Shown: piece after piece, positions 9,386-19,541 of the stretch | Position numbering within the stretch: position 1 is the first letter of the stretch | Layout: each line of letters begins with the position of its first letter | Assembly: GCF_000011805.1 (NCBI RefSeq) | Contig: NC_006841.2 | Source: Aliivibrio fischeri ES114 | Lineage (GTDB): Bacteria > Pseudomonadota > Gammaproteobacteria > Enterobacterales > Vibrionaceae | DNA length: 32,000 nt | Direction: 5' to 3' (one strand) | Notes under the pieces: generated by a model | Seen by the model: the letters and a program-made list of their open reading frames with translations, nothing else | What the model was told of the DNA's origin: nothing | Database searches by the model: none | Position numbers and translations under genes: made by a program

Positions 9386-9798
9386 TATGCTTGCTCCTCT
9401 TGAGATGGTTTTTGAGGCGCCTGTTTAACTTGATTGACTTCTATTTGAGAGAGTTTTTCAGTTAATAGCTCTACTTGGTCATTAAGATGATTAACACGAG
9501 TTTGTAGCTCTAATTGATTGTTTTCGATTTTATGGAAGCCCCAACCACGATCTTCACGCCATAGCGTTGCCCAGATCCAAAGAAATGGCCATAAAACATG
9601 GAGAGTAAACAGACTTACCCAGCCAGCGACATGAATTGCATCAGAATGTGGGTGGTTGCGTTTGTGAGCTATCTCATAAGGAATATCATGAATGACAATG
9701 ATGCCATAGAAAATGACAAGGGCAACGAAGACCAATAAACCAAGTGCAAAATAATCTAAAAACATAAACGTATCCTTGTTTACCTTTATTGTTAACAA
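9385..9798 (-). CDS. DUF3302 small inner-membrane protein (YiaW/YibI-like)
   Basis: FLDYFALGLLVFVALVIFYGIIVIHDIPYEIAHKRNHPHSDAIHVAGWVSLFTLHVLWPFLWIWA; its stop codon shares one base with the start of the HlyD-family gene. Confidence 0.8.
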   Translation of the reverse strand: MLTIKVNKDTFMFLDYFALGLLVFVALVIFYGIIVIHDIPYEIAHKRNHPHSDAIHVAGWVSLFTLHVLWPFLWIWATLWREDRGWGFHKIENNQLELQTRVNHLNDQVELLTEKLSQIEVNQVKQAPQKPSQEEQA

Positions 9799-9871
9799 AA
9801 ACTATATTTTTTAATAACTTGAGTTTGGCATTTGTAAGAACAATACGCAAGGTTAATAAGTTTTTAGAAAC

Positions 9872-9908
9872 AAAAAAACCGACTATAAGCAAATGAGTCG
9901 GTTTTTTT
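9872..9908 (-). terminator. Intrinsic terminator
   Basis: AAAAAAACCGACT ... AGTCGGTTTTTTT, with T tracts in both directions. Confidence 0.8.
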
Positions 9909-9931
9909 GATTGTTTTTTATACTGGGTTGG

Positions 9932-11212
9932 TTATTCGCTGACGCAGTTACGTCCACCTTCTTTGGCTCTGTATAACGCTTCGTCGGCAGCTTTAATAAC
10001 TAGCTGTGGCTTTCTTAAATCTTCGCTATCGGCAACACCAATACTAATGGTTACGTTTACGACTTTTGTTTTATTCGCTTTACCACGCTTAGCTTGTCCT
10101 TCTTTGTTATCTTTAGGACGAGTAGAAGTATCACGAATAATTAAATCATAATCAGCGATGTCTTCTCGTAACTCTTCAAGATATTCTAAACTTTGCTTTG
10201 CTGTTTTACCTTTAAATAAAACCGTAAATTCTTCGCCACCATAACGATAAACTTTCGCGTTACCACCAGTTTGAGCCATGATACTGGCAACTAACTTAAG
10301 CACGTCATCACCAGTATCGTGTCCATAAGTATCATTAAACTTTTTAAAATGGTCGACATCAAGCATTGCAATGGTGTAGGTGCGACCAAGGTGTTTCATT
10401 TCAGATTCTAGAGCTCGTCGCCCCGGAATCCCAGTTAACTGATCGATAAACGCCAATTCATGGCTTGCTGAAATAATGTAAAGAAGCAGAAGTAAGCCAG
10501 CAATTGAAAACATCGTGCTTGAGATGTAATCAACACTAAATAATGAAAAAGTAAGTGATGAATAAAGTAAGCACGTGTAAGACGCAAGATCCGTATTGTT
10601 ACTTCGAGTTAAAACGAAAATAGCGGATAAGCCACACATTACAATACTATAAAGAACAACAATAACAGGCAGAGGTGAGATTTCTGGAATATTGAGCAAA
10701 TAGGTTTGCCATATTTCAGTCATGTCATTATCAGCAAAGTGTACCGTTATTATCCAGCACCAGAAAAACATGAAGAGTAATATGCATAAATAACCCGCAC
10801 CGAACTTAGAGAAAATTCGACGTTCAGGGAAAATAAATGTAGCCATCATGCAGATAGGTAATAAAAAGGCGGTTAATGTAAATTCAATTCGTGTCGTACC
10901 GTATGATAATGGTACTTGCAACCTTTCTTGAATTATCCAATAAGCGATAGCCATACTTATCGCTATCATACCAATACGTCCTTGGTTAAAAGGCTGACTT
11001 AGTAGTAAAACGATAGATAATACAATATAGGGCAGTATATAGGAGAACCCTTGATTCTCTGATGAGAGTTGGATTATGCCATCCATTCCAGTAATCACAG
11101 ATACAACTATGATAATAGGGAGCAATAATTTAAATAAAGGATGGCTGAGAAGGTTAAAAGACATTATTTTTTTAACTAATCCTATAAAACTAAAAAAGAA
11201 AGAGTGTGTCAC
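9932..11212 (-). CDS. Membrane-anchored diguanylate cyclase (GGDEF domain)
   Basis: Several N-terminal TM helices, DQLTGIPGRRAL, DVDHFKKFNDTYGHDTGDDVLK, YRYGGEEF. Confidence 0.92.
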   Translation of the reverse strand: MTHSFFFSFIGLVKKIMSFNLLSHPLFKLLLPIIIVVSVITGMDGIIQLSSENQGFSYILPYIVLSIVLLLSQPFNQGRIGMIAISMAIAYWIIQERLQVPLSYGTTRIEFTLTAFLLPICMMATFIFPERRIFSKFGAGYLCILLFMFFWCWIITVHFADNDMTEIWQTYLLNIPEISPLPVIVVLYSIVMCGLSAIFVLTRSNNTDLASYTCLLYSSLTFSLFSVDYISSTMFSIAGLLLLLYIISASHELAFIDQLTGIPGRRALESEMKHLGRTYTIAMLDVDHFKKFNDTYGHDTGDDVLKLVASIMAQTGGNAKVYRYGGEEFTVLFKGKTAKQSLEYLEELREDIADYDLIIRDTSTRPKDNKEGQAKRGKANKTKVVNVTISIGVADSEDLRKPQLVIKAADEALYRAKEGGRNCVSE

Positions 11213-11308
11213 TGAACTGATGAGACAATTTGTTATTCTATCAATAACGTGACTCTATTCATATGCTTACGATACACTTAATGCATTAAACAACAATAAG
11301 GTGCCTCT

Positions 11309-11668
11309 ATGGAATCAAACATTCATAATTATATGGAAGTACTCGTCAATAAACGATTTTTTGCATTGGAATTCCACCAGATTTATACGCTTGATCAAAT
11401 CGCTGACATGAAGTGCATTGCACTTAATCAGCTTCCTACACTTTATATTCGTTATAGCTTGGATATGTTAGCGGCAACTTCTCAGAAAAAATTAATGCAA
11501 TATGACGAAATGGTTGCAGCAGCGGTTGAAAATGCGGAAAAAATGATTGTAAATGATAGAAGAGAAAGAAAAGATGACTTTGATGATATTGTGATATATC
11601 GCCCTAAAGATCGTTTCGAGTTAGAGGACGAAGAAGATCCATTTTCAGGTACATTGAATTTAGATTAG
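11309..11668 (+). CDS. ComFB-family (late competence development) protein
   Basis: N-Y-M-E-x-L-V start and CIALNQLPTLYIRY segment match the ComFB pattern (NxxE..V ... A/ALNxLPPxY). Family call from pattern recall. Confidence 0.6.
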   Translation: MESNIHNYMEVLVNKRFFALEFHQIYTLDQIADMKCIALNQLPTLYIRYSLDMLAATSQKKLMQYDEMVAAAVENAEKMIVNDRRERKDDFDDIVIYRPKDRFELEDEEDPFSGTLNLD

Positions 11669-11685
11669 TGCTAAGTAATAAAAAG

Positions 11686-11714
11686 AAAACCCATACTATG
11701 AAGTATGGGTTTTT
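11686..11714 (+). terminator. Intrinsic terminator between convergent genes
   Basis: AAAACCCATACT ... AGTATGGGTTTTT. Confidence 0.8.
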
Positions 11715-11737
11715 GTTTGTACGAAATAAAAGGTTAC

Positions 11738-13780
11738 TTATGCGTCTGCACTTGTAGTTGCATTTGTTGTTGCGTCTTCATTTTCAACAACAGGTGCTTC
11801 CTCTGGTTCAGGCGCAGGAAAAGCCTGAAGTGGTTTAGCAACCATATTACGAGTGTCTTCTTTTACTTCAGCTAATACGACATGAAGTTGATCGCCAAGT
11901 TTAAACGTTTCATGTTTATCAATAGAGATAATGCCTTGGTCAGCATTGCATTCGATACGTTCTTTATTATCAACGATTAATGAACCCGGAATAAATGCTG
12001 CTGCGCCATTTTCAATTAAACGTACACGCATACCGGCACGATTAATATCAAAAATTTCAGCAGTGTATTTAGTCTCTTTTTCAACTTCTGATGCTAATGT
12101 TCGACAGTATAACCAATCACTTACATTTCGTTCTGCCATGCGATGGAAGCGGCGGCTAATTGCGAGTTCTTCTCCAACGATATCATCAGGGCGTTGAACA
12201 GGCTCTTTTCCTAAAATATGAGCTTTAAGCATACGATGGTTGATCATATCGCTGTATTTACGGATTGGAGAAGTCCATGTTGCGTAAATATCTAATCCCA
12301 TAGCATAGTGAGGTAGTGGTTCATTACCTGTTTCGCTGTAGGTTTGGAATTTGCGAATACGAGCATCTAAATAAGACGTTGGTTGCTTTCCTAATAGACG
12401 ACGTAATTCACTGAAGCCTTCAAGAGTAGCAATTTGTTCTTCTGTAAAGTCGACGCCTTCCAATTGATTAACAATTTCAACAACATCTTTTAATTTGTCA
12501 GATTTAATACCAGCATGAGAGTTAAATACGCCCATATTAAATGCTGCACGTAATGTTTTACCTGCACAAATGTTTGCCGTTACCATTGCTTCTTCAACAA
12601 GCTTGTTCGCTGTACGGCGCATATCAGCATGAATAGCGATAACATCGTTGTCTTCGCTTAATTCAAAACGGTAATCAGGACGATCTGGGAAAATAACCGC
12701 GTGAGTTTCTCTCCAAGTTGTACGTACTTGAGCAAACTCATACAGTTCAGTTACTACTTGTGCGATGGTGTCATTTGGTTGCCATTTATCACAGGAGCCC
12801 GTTTCTAAGAAATCAGAAACATGGTCATAAGCTAAACGAGCGTGTGATTTGATCGTTGCCGCAAAAAAGTTGATGCTATCTTCTTGGATATTGCCGTTTG
12901 CATCAACCAATACTGTACAGCAAAGAGCAGGGCGTTCTTGGCCTTCAATTAAAGAACATAACTCATCACTTAAGTCACGAGGTAACATAGGAATATTACG
13001 ACCCGGTAGGTAGATCGTATAACCACGTTCACGCGCCACTTTATCCATACTGTCATCTGGTGTGATATAAGCGGTAGGATCTGCAATAGCAATAGTTAGT
13101 TCAAATGAACCATTTTCAAGCTTTTTGATATATAACGCATCATCCATGTCTTTGGTTGATTCGCCATCAATGGTTACGAATGGGGTTGCTGTCATATCGA
13201 CACGAACTAAATCAGCGTCGTCTTTGATCTCCCAATGTTCAATACCTTCAGGCTCTGAGTTAGGTAAATCGTTTTGAGCTAGAGTTACCCACCAAGGTGC
13301 AATTTTGTCATCGCTGTCAGTGATTTTATGGGTAATATCACATTGAAAACCTTGATCCCCTTTTAATGGGTGTTGAGTTAACTCTGCAACAACCCAGTCA
13401 CCTTCTTTAAGTGTTTCAGGGTTTACGCCTTTGCGAGTTTTTGCCTTAATAGCATTTTTTAAACTAGGGTGATCAGGCATTACTTGTAGACGTTTTTTAA
13501 ACATCTGAATACGGCCAATGAATCGGGTAATTGATTGTTCGATTAATTGATCCGGTTCTGCTTGCTCTTTTTCATTCTCTGTACGAATAAGAGCCACTAC
13601 TTTGTCACCATGCATAACTTTTTTCATTTGTGCTGGTGGGATAAAGATGCTTTTTTTCTTATCATCTGATTCTAAGAAGCCAAAGCCACGTTCAGTTGCT
13701 TTAATGGTGCCTTCTTTTTTTGGAAGTTTTTCTTGTATTTGCTGCTTCAATTGCGCAAGTAGTGGGTTATCTTGAAACAT
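11738..13780 (-). CDS. rnb: Exoribonuclease II (RNase II)
   Basis: N-terminal OB/cold-shock domain ([26 protein letters not shown]), RNB domain catalytic region [17 protein letters not shown]1 domain; 680 aa. Confidence 0.9.
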   Translation of the reverse strand: MFQDNPLLAQLKQQIQEKLPKKEGTIKATERGFGFLESDDKKKSIFIPPAQMKKVMHGDKVVALIRTENEKEQAEPDQLIEQSITRFIGRIQMFKKRLQVMPDHPSLKNAIKAKTRKGVNPETLKEGDWVVAELTQHPLKGDQGFQCDITHKITDSDDKIAPWWVTLAQNDLPNSEPEGIEHWEIKDDADLVRVDMTATPFVTIDGESTKDMDDALYIKKLENGSFELTIAIADPTAYITPDDSMDKVARERGYTIYLPGRNIPMLPRDLSDELCSLIEGQERPALCCTVLVDANGNIQEDSINFFAATIKSHARLAYDHVSDFLETGSCDKWQPNDTIAQVVTELYEFAQVRTTWRETHAVIFPDRPDYRFELSEDNDVIAIHADMRRTANKLVEEAMVTANICAGKTLRAAFNMGVFNSHAGIKSDKLKDVVEIVNQLEGVDFTEEQIATLEGFSELRRLLGKQPTSYLDARIRKFQTYSETGNEPLPHYAMGLDIYATWTSPIRKYSDMINHRMLKAHILGKEPVQRPDDIVGEELAISRRFHRMAERNVSDWLYCRTLASEVEKETKYTAEIFDINRAGMRVRLIENGAAAFIPGSLIVDNKERIECNADQGIISIDKHETFKLGDQLHVVLAEVKEDTRNMVAKPLQAFPAPEPEEAPVVENEDATTNATTSADA

Positions 13781-13996
13781 GAGCCTTCATTATAATAGAG
13801 AAATAACGAGGTAATTTTACTATTGCACCTAATTGATTACTAGAAAACTTGGACGAAATGTACAAAAAAGAACATTTAAAGTACAAAAAACTACCAAATC
13901 TAAGAAAATGAAGCTAAATTTGTGAACTCGCTCAATTTTTTCTGGTAATTCTTGCCGTATTAGGGCATTATGCGCGCCCTGAGTTAATCCACTTTC

Positions 13997-14002
13997 TATA
14001 AT
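13997..14002 (+). promoter_or_regulatory. Candidate -10 element for deaD
   Basis: Consensus TATAAT about 100 nt upstream of the deaD start codon; the matching -35 is weak. Confidence 0.4.
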
Positions 14003-14103
14003 TTAAGTTGAATTAACCTGTCCTGTCCCGAGAGCTTGTGTGTGTGTATGGAACTTGCTGAGCAAATGGGACCTTTTTTATATGATTAATTATTGGGATC
14101 CCA

Positions 14104-16008
14104 ATGTCAGAATCTATTACTGAATTTCGCCAACTGGCTTTAGACGAATCAATCTTATCTGCACTTGATGATATGGGCTTTGTAGCTCCAACTCCTATTC
14201 AAGCAGCTTCGATTCCTCTACTTCTAGAAGGCCGTGATGCTCTTGGTAAAGCGCAAACAGGTACTGGTAAAACAGCTGCATTCTCTTTACCACTATTAAA
14301 CAAAATCAATCTTAAGCAACATAACCCACAAGCAATTATCATGGCACCAACGCGTGAACTTGCTATTCAGGTTGCTGCTGAAGTTAAAAACCTTGGTCGT
14401 AACATCAAGGGTCTTAAAGTTTTAGAGATCTACGGTGGTGCATCTATCGTTGATCAAATGCGTGCTCTAAGCCGCGGTGCTCATATCATCGTTGGTACTC
14501 CAGGCCGTGTTAAAGATTTACTAAACCGTGACCGTCTAAACTTAGGCGAAGTTCATACGTTCATCCTAGATGAAGCAGATGAAATGCTTAAAATGGGCTT
14601 TGTTGATGATGTAACTTGGATTCTTGAAAAAGCACCAGATACAGCTCAACGTATCCTTTTCTCTGCAACTATGCCTCCAATGGTTAAAACAATCGTTGAT
14701 CGTTACCTACGTGAGCCTGCTCGTGTAGACGTTGCTGGTACTAACCACACGGTTGATAAAGTAGAGCAAAACTTCTGGGTTGTTAAAGGCGTAGAAAAAG
14801 ACGAAGCAATGTCTCGTCTACTTGAAACTGAAGAAACTGATGCGTCAATCGTATTCGTTCGTACTCGTCAAGATACTGAGCGTCTAGCTGATTGGTTATC
14901 TGCTCGTGGCTTTAAAGCTGCTGCACTGCACGGTGATATCCCTCAGTCTCAACGTGAACGTACTGTTGATAACATCAAAAACGGCGTTATCGATATCCTA
15001 GTTGCTACTGACGTAGTTGCTCGTGGTCTTGATGTTCCACGTATTACTCACGTATTTAACTACGATATCCCATTTGATGTTGAATCTTACATCCACCGTA
15101 TCGGTCGTACAGGTCGTGCTGGACGTAAAGGTAAAGCGATCCTTCTAGTTCGCACAAACCAAATGCGTATGCTTCGTACAATCGAGCGTGTAACTAAGTC
15201 AACAATGGAAGAAATTCAACTTCCACATCGTGACCAAGTTGCAGAATGTCGTTTAGCTGCTTTAGCTGCTGAACTTCAAGCGGATAAAGAATTTGTTGCT
15301 CTTGATGCGTTTACTGATCTAATCAATAAACTTCAAGAAACACTAGAAATCGATGCAACTACAATTGCTGCAATGCTACTTAAGCGTCAGCAAGGCAAGC
15401 GTCCTTTATTCTACAAAGGTCCAGACCCAATGATCGCTGCTATGGAACGTGCTAAGAATCGTCGTTCTGATCGTGGCGAACGTGGTGAGCGCGGTGGCCG
15501 TGGTGATCGTCCTGAGCGTGGTGAACGTCGTCAATACAATAACGATGACTTCGATACATACCAATTAGAAGTAGGTCGTGAGCAAGGCGTTCAAGTTAAA
15601 GACATCGTAGGTGCTCTAGCTAACGAACTTGGTTTCACAAAAGGTTCTATCGGTGCAATTAAACTTGCTCCTGGCCACACATACGTACAACTTCCTAAGA
15701 AAATGTCTGCAGATGTTGCTGGCAAACTTAAGAAACTACGTATTCGTCAAAACGAAACAAAAGCGGTTGTTGTTGAAGGTGTTGACCTAACAATCGAACG
15801 TCGTCCTCGCACTGGTGGTGGTCGTGATGATAACCGTGGTGGCAATGGCCGTGGCGGTTACCGTGGTAATCGTGAAAACCGTGAAGGTGGCCGTGGTGGC
15901 GAGCGTCGTTTCGATCGCAACAAAGGTGGTGATCACCGTGGTAGTCACCGTGGCGAGCGTGCACCAGGCGGCCGTGGCCGTGGTCGCAGCGAGCGTAGCG
16001 AAGGTTAA
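14104..16008 (+). CDS. deaD: ATP-dependent RNA helicase DeaD/CsdA
   Basis: All DEAD-box motifs (AQTGTGKT, PTRELAIQ, DEAD, SAT, HRIGRTGR), RNA-binding C-terminal domain and RGG-rich tail; 634 aa. Confidence 0.95.
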   Translation: MSESITEFRQLALDESILSALDDMGFVAPTPIQAASIPLLLEGRDALGKAQTGTGKTAAFSLPLLNKINLKQHNPQAIIMAPTRELAIQVAAEVKNLGRNIKGLKVLEIYGGASIVDQMRALSRGAHIIVGTPGRVKDLLNRDRLNLGEVHTFILDEADEMLKMGFVDDVTWILEKAPDTAQRILFSATMPPMVKTIVDRYLREPARVDVAGTNHTVDKVEQNFWVVKGVEKDEAMSRLLETEETDASIVFVRTRQDTERLADWLSARGFKAAALHGDIPQSQRERTVDNIKNGVIDILVATDVVARGLDVPRITHVFNYDIPFDVESYIHRIGRTGRAGRKGKAILLVRTNQMRMLRTIERVTKSTMEEIQLPHRDQVAECRLAALAAELQADKEFVALDAFTDLINKLQETLEIDATTIAAMLLKRQQGKRPLFYKGPDPMIAAMERAKNRRSDRGERGERGGRGDRPERGERRQYNNDDFDTYQLEVGREQGVQVKDIVGALANELGFTKGSIGAIKLAPGHTYVQLPKKMSADVAGKLKKLRIRQNETKAVVVEGVDLTIERRPRTGGGRDDNRGGNGRGGYRGNRENREGGRGGERRFDRNKGGDHRGSHRGERAPGGRGRGRSERSEG

Positions 16009-16030
16009 TCCTTAGCAAATAATCAAAATA

Positions 16031-16058
16031 AAAACCGAGCTCATGTAGCTCGGTTTTT
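16031..16058 (+). terminator. Intrinsic terminator downstream of deaD
   Basis: AAAACCGAGCT catgt AGCTCGGTTTTT. Confidence 0.88.
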
Positions 16059-16300
16059 TATGTCTGCATAAAATGGTTATATTGTTTCAAGTTCATAAAA
16101 AAGTATATAAAGGCAATAGTAGTGTGCCGTTAATATCTTAACTACATGATTAGAGCGGGTAAATAGGCGATGGTGATTTAATTATTTATAATTGAAATAG
16201 TTGTTTCTGTTTTCAATAAATAGTGATATTTTCTGAAAAATCAGCAGGGCTTGCGATTGACTGCTGTGAATACTCTTTTTATTCATAAATGGAAAATAAC

Positions 16301-16825
16301 ATGGATAATGAAATCCGATTACGTGCTCTTGAGCAAACCGACCTTCGTTTTATTCACCAACTGAACAACAATAGATCAATCATGTCATACTGGTTTGAAG
16401 AACCGTATGAATCGTATTACGAACTCGAAGACCTATTTCGTAAGCATATTCATGATAGTAATGAGCGTCGTTTTATCGCTGAAAATGCACAGCAACAATC
16501 AATTGGTTTAGTGGAATTAGTTGAAATTAACTCCATTCACCGTAATGCTGAATTTCAAATTATCATCGCACCAGATTTTCAAGGTTGTGGTTATGCGCGT
16601 GGGTTAATCAATAAAGCCTTAAATTACGCATTTACTATTTTGAATTTACATAAAGTTTATTTGCACGTTGCGGTAAACAATGAAAAAGCGATTCATTTAT
16701 ATGAAAAATGTGGATTTGTTGAAGAAGGGCATTTGATTAAAGAGATTTTCGTAAATGGAGAATACAGTGACATTAAGCGCATGTATATTCTTCAAGATAC
16801 ATATATAAAGAATCGTAATAATTAA
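16301..16825 (+). CDS. speG: Spermidine N(1)-acetyltransferase
   Basis: [63 protein letters not shown]; closely matches E. coli SpeG as recalled. Track start is ATG 16289. Confidence 0.9.
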   Translation: MDNEIRLRALEQTDLRFIHQLNNNRSIMSYWFEEPYESYYELEDLFRKHIHDSNERRFIAENAQQQSIGLVELVEINSIHRNAEFQIIIAPDFQGCGYARGLINKALNYAFTILNLHKVYLHVAVNNEKAIHLYEKCGFVEEGHLIKEIFVNGEYSDIKRMYILQDTYIKNRNN

Positions 16826-16828
16826 TAG

Positions 16829-16858
16829 AAAAGGGCTTCTAATATTAGAAGCCCTTTT
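16829..16858. terminator. Bidirectional terminator
   Basis: Perfect 30-bp palindrome AAAAGGGCTTCTAATATTAGAAGCCCTTTT between convergent genes. Confidence 0.85.
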
Positions 16859-16885
16859 ATTTGCCAACCGTACGTTGTTATTTTT

Positions 16886-18349
16886 TTAAGCTACGATAGC
16901 ATCTACTTCTTCAGCTTTTACTGCTTCCATACGTTCACCGTAAATAGAGCGTAATTGGCTAACAACATCTTCACGAGTAACAACGCCAACTAATTGATTG
17001 TTTTCAATTACAGGTAAGATACGTGGTTTAGATACACGCATGTCACGAGCGCGGTCATTAATTGATAGTGTGCTGTAGCTTGTTGCAATGCCCATGTCTG
17101 TTGTTGGGTAAAGCTTTGGTTTATCAATCGCGTAGAACTCAGCTAACTGCAATAATGTGTCTTTAGGTGAGATACTTGTAATGTCTGTTTTCATTAAATC
17201 AGCAACTGTACGACCTTTTTCTGGTAGATAATCTTCACACCATAGTTCAACTAATACATCATGCTCAGAGAAGAAACCAACCACTTCACTATGACTGTTT
17301 ACAACGATTGCACCTGAAAGATGGCGGTCTAATAGGTTATCCAGTGCAACTTCTACAGGCATTTCTGGTTGAAGAACGTAAGTGTTAACATCCATAAATT
17401 GATTTACTGTTTTGTTCGCGTTCATTTTGATCATTTCCTTAGAGTCTGAATCTGTAAATAGTGGTGTAATTTGTGATGTTTCTACTGCTTTTAATTGAGG
17501 GCGAGTGAAGATTGACCAGTAAGCCAAACCAACAAGACCAGCACCACCAACGATATTTCCTAACGTTACAGGGATTAAATTTGCTGTAATAAAATTAACG
17601 ATATTTAAATCTGCGTATTGTTCAGGTGTTGCACTGACTGCAAGCCAAAACTCAGGCGGAGCAAGTTGTTGAATCGCAATACCTAAAGGAACCATAAACA
17701 TGTTTGCAACGCAGTGCTCAAAGCCACTACTAACAAACATTGCAACAGGTAAAATAACCATTACTGCTTTAGTGAGCATATTGGTTGAGCAGAAGGTTAA
17801 CCACACTGCCAAACACACTAATAAATTACATAAAATACCCAGAGCAAATGCTTCTAACGGTTGGTGATGCAATTTATGTTGAGCGATATTTAGCGCGTTC
17901 AAACCCCATTGACCACCATCGTTTTGGTACATACCAGCTGAAACAACAAGAGCGAGTAATAAACCAGCACCAATAAAGTTACCGATATATACTTTTCCCC
18001 AGATCCCTAGCATTTTGCCAAAACTGATTTGTCTATTTGCTACAGCGATTGCTGATAAAACCGAGCTTGTAAATAATTCACCGCCACCGATAACAACTAG
18101 GATCAAACCTAAACTAAAAGCTAAGCCACCAGCAAAACGACTGATACCCCAACCTGTTTCTGTATTGCCTGTCGTTACCGTTGTATAGAAAATGAATGCT
18201 ATCCCGATAAAGACACCAGCCATAATGGCTAAGCCAATTACCATGCTTGTTGGCTTCTTAGACTTAGCAAGTGCGTAATAAGCTGCTTGTTCCATCATTT
18301 CGCTGGGATTAAATTGTCCAGTTGTATTTGGACTGAGATTAGAACTCAT
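16886..18349 (-). CDS. Formate/nitrite transporter (FocA/NirC family) fused to C-terminal CBS domains
   Basis: FNPSEMMEQAAYYALAKSKKP and GFEHCVANMFMVPLG typical of FNT channels; C-terminal half has tandem CBS-like segments (VNQFMDVNTYVLQPEMPVEVALDNLLDRHLSGAIVVN..., LPVIENNQLVGVVTREDVV). Confidence 0.88.
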   Translation of the reverse strand: MSSNLSPNTTGQFNPSEMMEQAAYYALAKSKKPTSMVIGLAIMAGVFIGIAFIFYTTVTTGNTETGWGISRFAGGLAFSLGLILVVIGGGELFTSSVLSAIAVANRQISFGKMLGIWGKVYIGNFIGAGLLLALVVSAGMYQNDGGQWGLNALNIAQHKLHHQPLEAFALGILCNLLVCLAVWLTFCSTNMLTKAVMVILPVAMFVSSGFEHCVANMFMVPLGIAIQQLAPPEFWLAVSATPEQYADLNIVNFITANLIPVTLGNIVGGAGLVGLAYWSIFTRPQLKAVETSQITPLFTDSDSKEMIKMNANKTVNQFMDVNTYVLQPEMPVEVALDNLLDRHLSGAIVVNSHSEVVGFFSEHDVLVELWCEDYLPEKGRTVADLMKTDITSISPKDTLLQLAEFYAIDKPKLYPTTDMGIATSYSTLSINDRARDMRVSKPRILPVIENNQLVGVVTREDVVSQLRSIYGERMEAVKAEEVDAIVA

Positions 18350-18540
18350 TTGTCCTCCTTAAGTATTGGTTATAAAAATGCTTAAGGAATATGAGCTAAC
18401 CCGTCTTGCTTAAGCCCAGTTAGATTATGAGCAAAAGTGCTTGGGGTAAAATTGATTGTTTTTAGGTTCTATATCAGTTTTCCTTATGAAACTAAAATGG
18501 TATGATTTACACAAAATAAGTTCTTATAAAAGAGATGGTT

Positions 18541-19446
18541 ATGCGTTATTCATTAAAACAGTTGGCAGTTTTTGATGCAGTAGCGACAACAGGAAGCGTC
18601 AGTCAAGCGGCTGAATTATTGTCTTTGACTCAATCAGCTACCAGTATGTCGTTGTCGCAATTAGAAAAAATGTTGGGGCGTTCATTATTTGAACGTCACG
18701 GAAAACGAATGGCGCTCACTCATTGGGGTGTATGGCTTCGTCCTAAAGCTAAAAAGCTGATTCATGATGCACAACAGATTGAATTAGGCTTTTATGATCA
18801 GCATTTGATCAGTGGTGAAATCTCATTAGGTGCGAGCCAAACCGCAGCTGAACACTTAGTTCCAAACCTTATCAGTAATATTGATAATGATTTCCCAGAA
18901 ATTCGAATCTCTTTAGGTGTAAAAAACACCTCTGGTATTATTGAAGGGGTATTAGATTACAAATATGAACTTGGAATTATCGAAGGGCGCTGTGATGATA
19001 GTCGAATTCATCAAGAAGTCTTTTGTACAGACCATTTGATCATTGTTGCTGCAGCTCATCATCCTTTTGCTAAGCATGAAAAAGTCAGTTTAGCCCAATT
19101 AGAGCAAGCAAAATGGGTATTGCGTGAGCATGGTGCAGGAACACGAACTATTTTTGATAGTGCTATTCATGGCAAAATTCCTGATTTAGACGTATGGCGT
19201 GAGTACGAATATGTACCAGTATTACGAACATTAGTAGCAAATGGACAATATTTAAGCTGTTTACCTTATTTAGATGTAGTGAAATACATTGAACGTGGTG
19301 AATTAGTCGCATTAAACGTACCTGAACTGAATATGGAAAGAACACTCTCATTTATCTGGCGATCATCAATGGATCAAAACCCGATCAGCGATTGCATAAG
19401 AAGAGAGGGTATAAGAATGATTAAGAATCATAACGTTATACGATAA
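18541..19446 (+). CDS. LysR-family transcriptional regulator (YeiE-like)
   Basis: N-terminal wHTH SLKQLAVFDAVATTGSVSQAAELLSLTQSATSMSLSQLEKMLGRSLFERHGKRMALT. Alternative start at ATG 18535. Confidence 0.88.
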   Translation: MRYSLKQLAVFDAVATTGSVSQAAELLSLTQSATSMSLSQLEKMLGRSLFERHGKRMALTHWGVWLRPKAKKLIHDAQQIELGFYDQHLISGEISLGASQTAAEHLVPNLISNIDNDFPEIRISLGVKNTSGIIEGVLDYKYELGIIEGRCDDSRIHQEVFCTDHLIIVAAAHHPFAKHEKVSLAQLEQAKWVLREHGAGTRTIFDSAIHGKIPDLDVWREYEYVPVLRTLVANGQYLSCLPYLDVVKYIERGELVALNVPELNMERTLSFIWRSSMDQNPISDCIRREGIRMIKNHNVIR

Positions 19447-19541
19447 GTGATAAGAAAAATTAACTTCTTAGTTTGTTTGATATTTGTTATTCTCATTAAA
19501 TAACCGTTATTTATTATACTTATTCTTAGGGATAGAAAAAT

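Noticed and set aside
11931-12197. 88-aa plus-strand ORF inside rnb; similar nested ORFs occur at 7110-7340, 7761-7976, 17785-17976, 23542-23865 and 24877-25146
   Set aside because: All lie antisense to strong conserved genes and have low-complexity or non-protein-like sequences.
15728-16018. Minus-strand 96-aa His-rich ORF, and the overlapping plus-strand 66-aa Val-rich ORF at 15815-16015
   Set aside because: Both are shadow ORFs of the RGG-repeat tail of DeaD; their biased composition is explained by repeated CGT/GGT codons.
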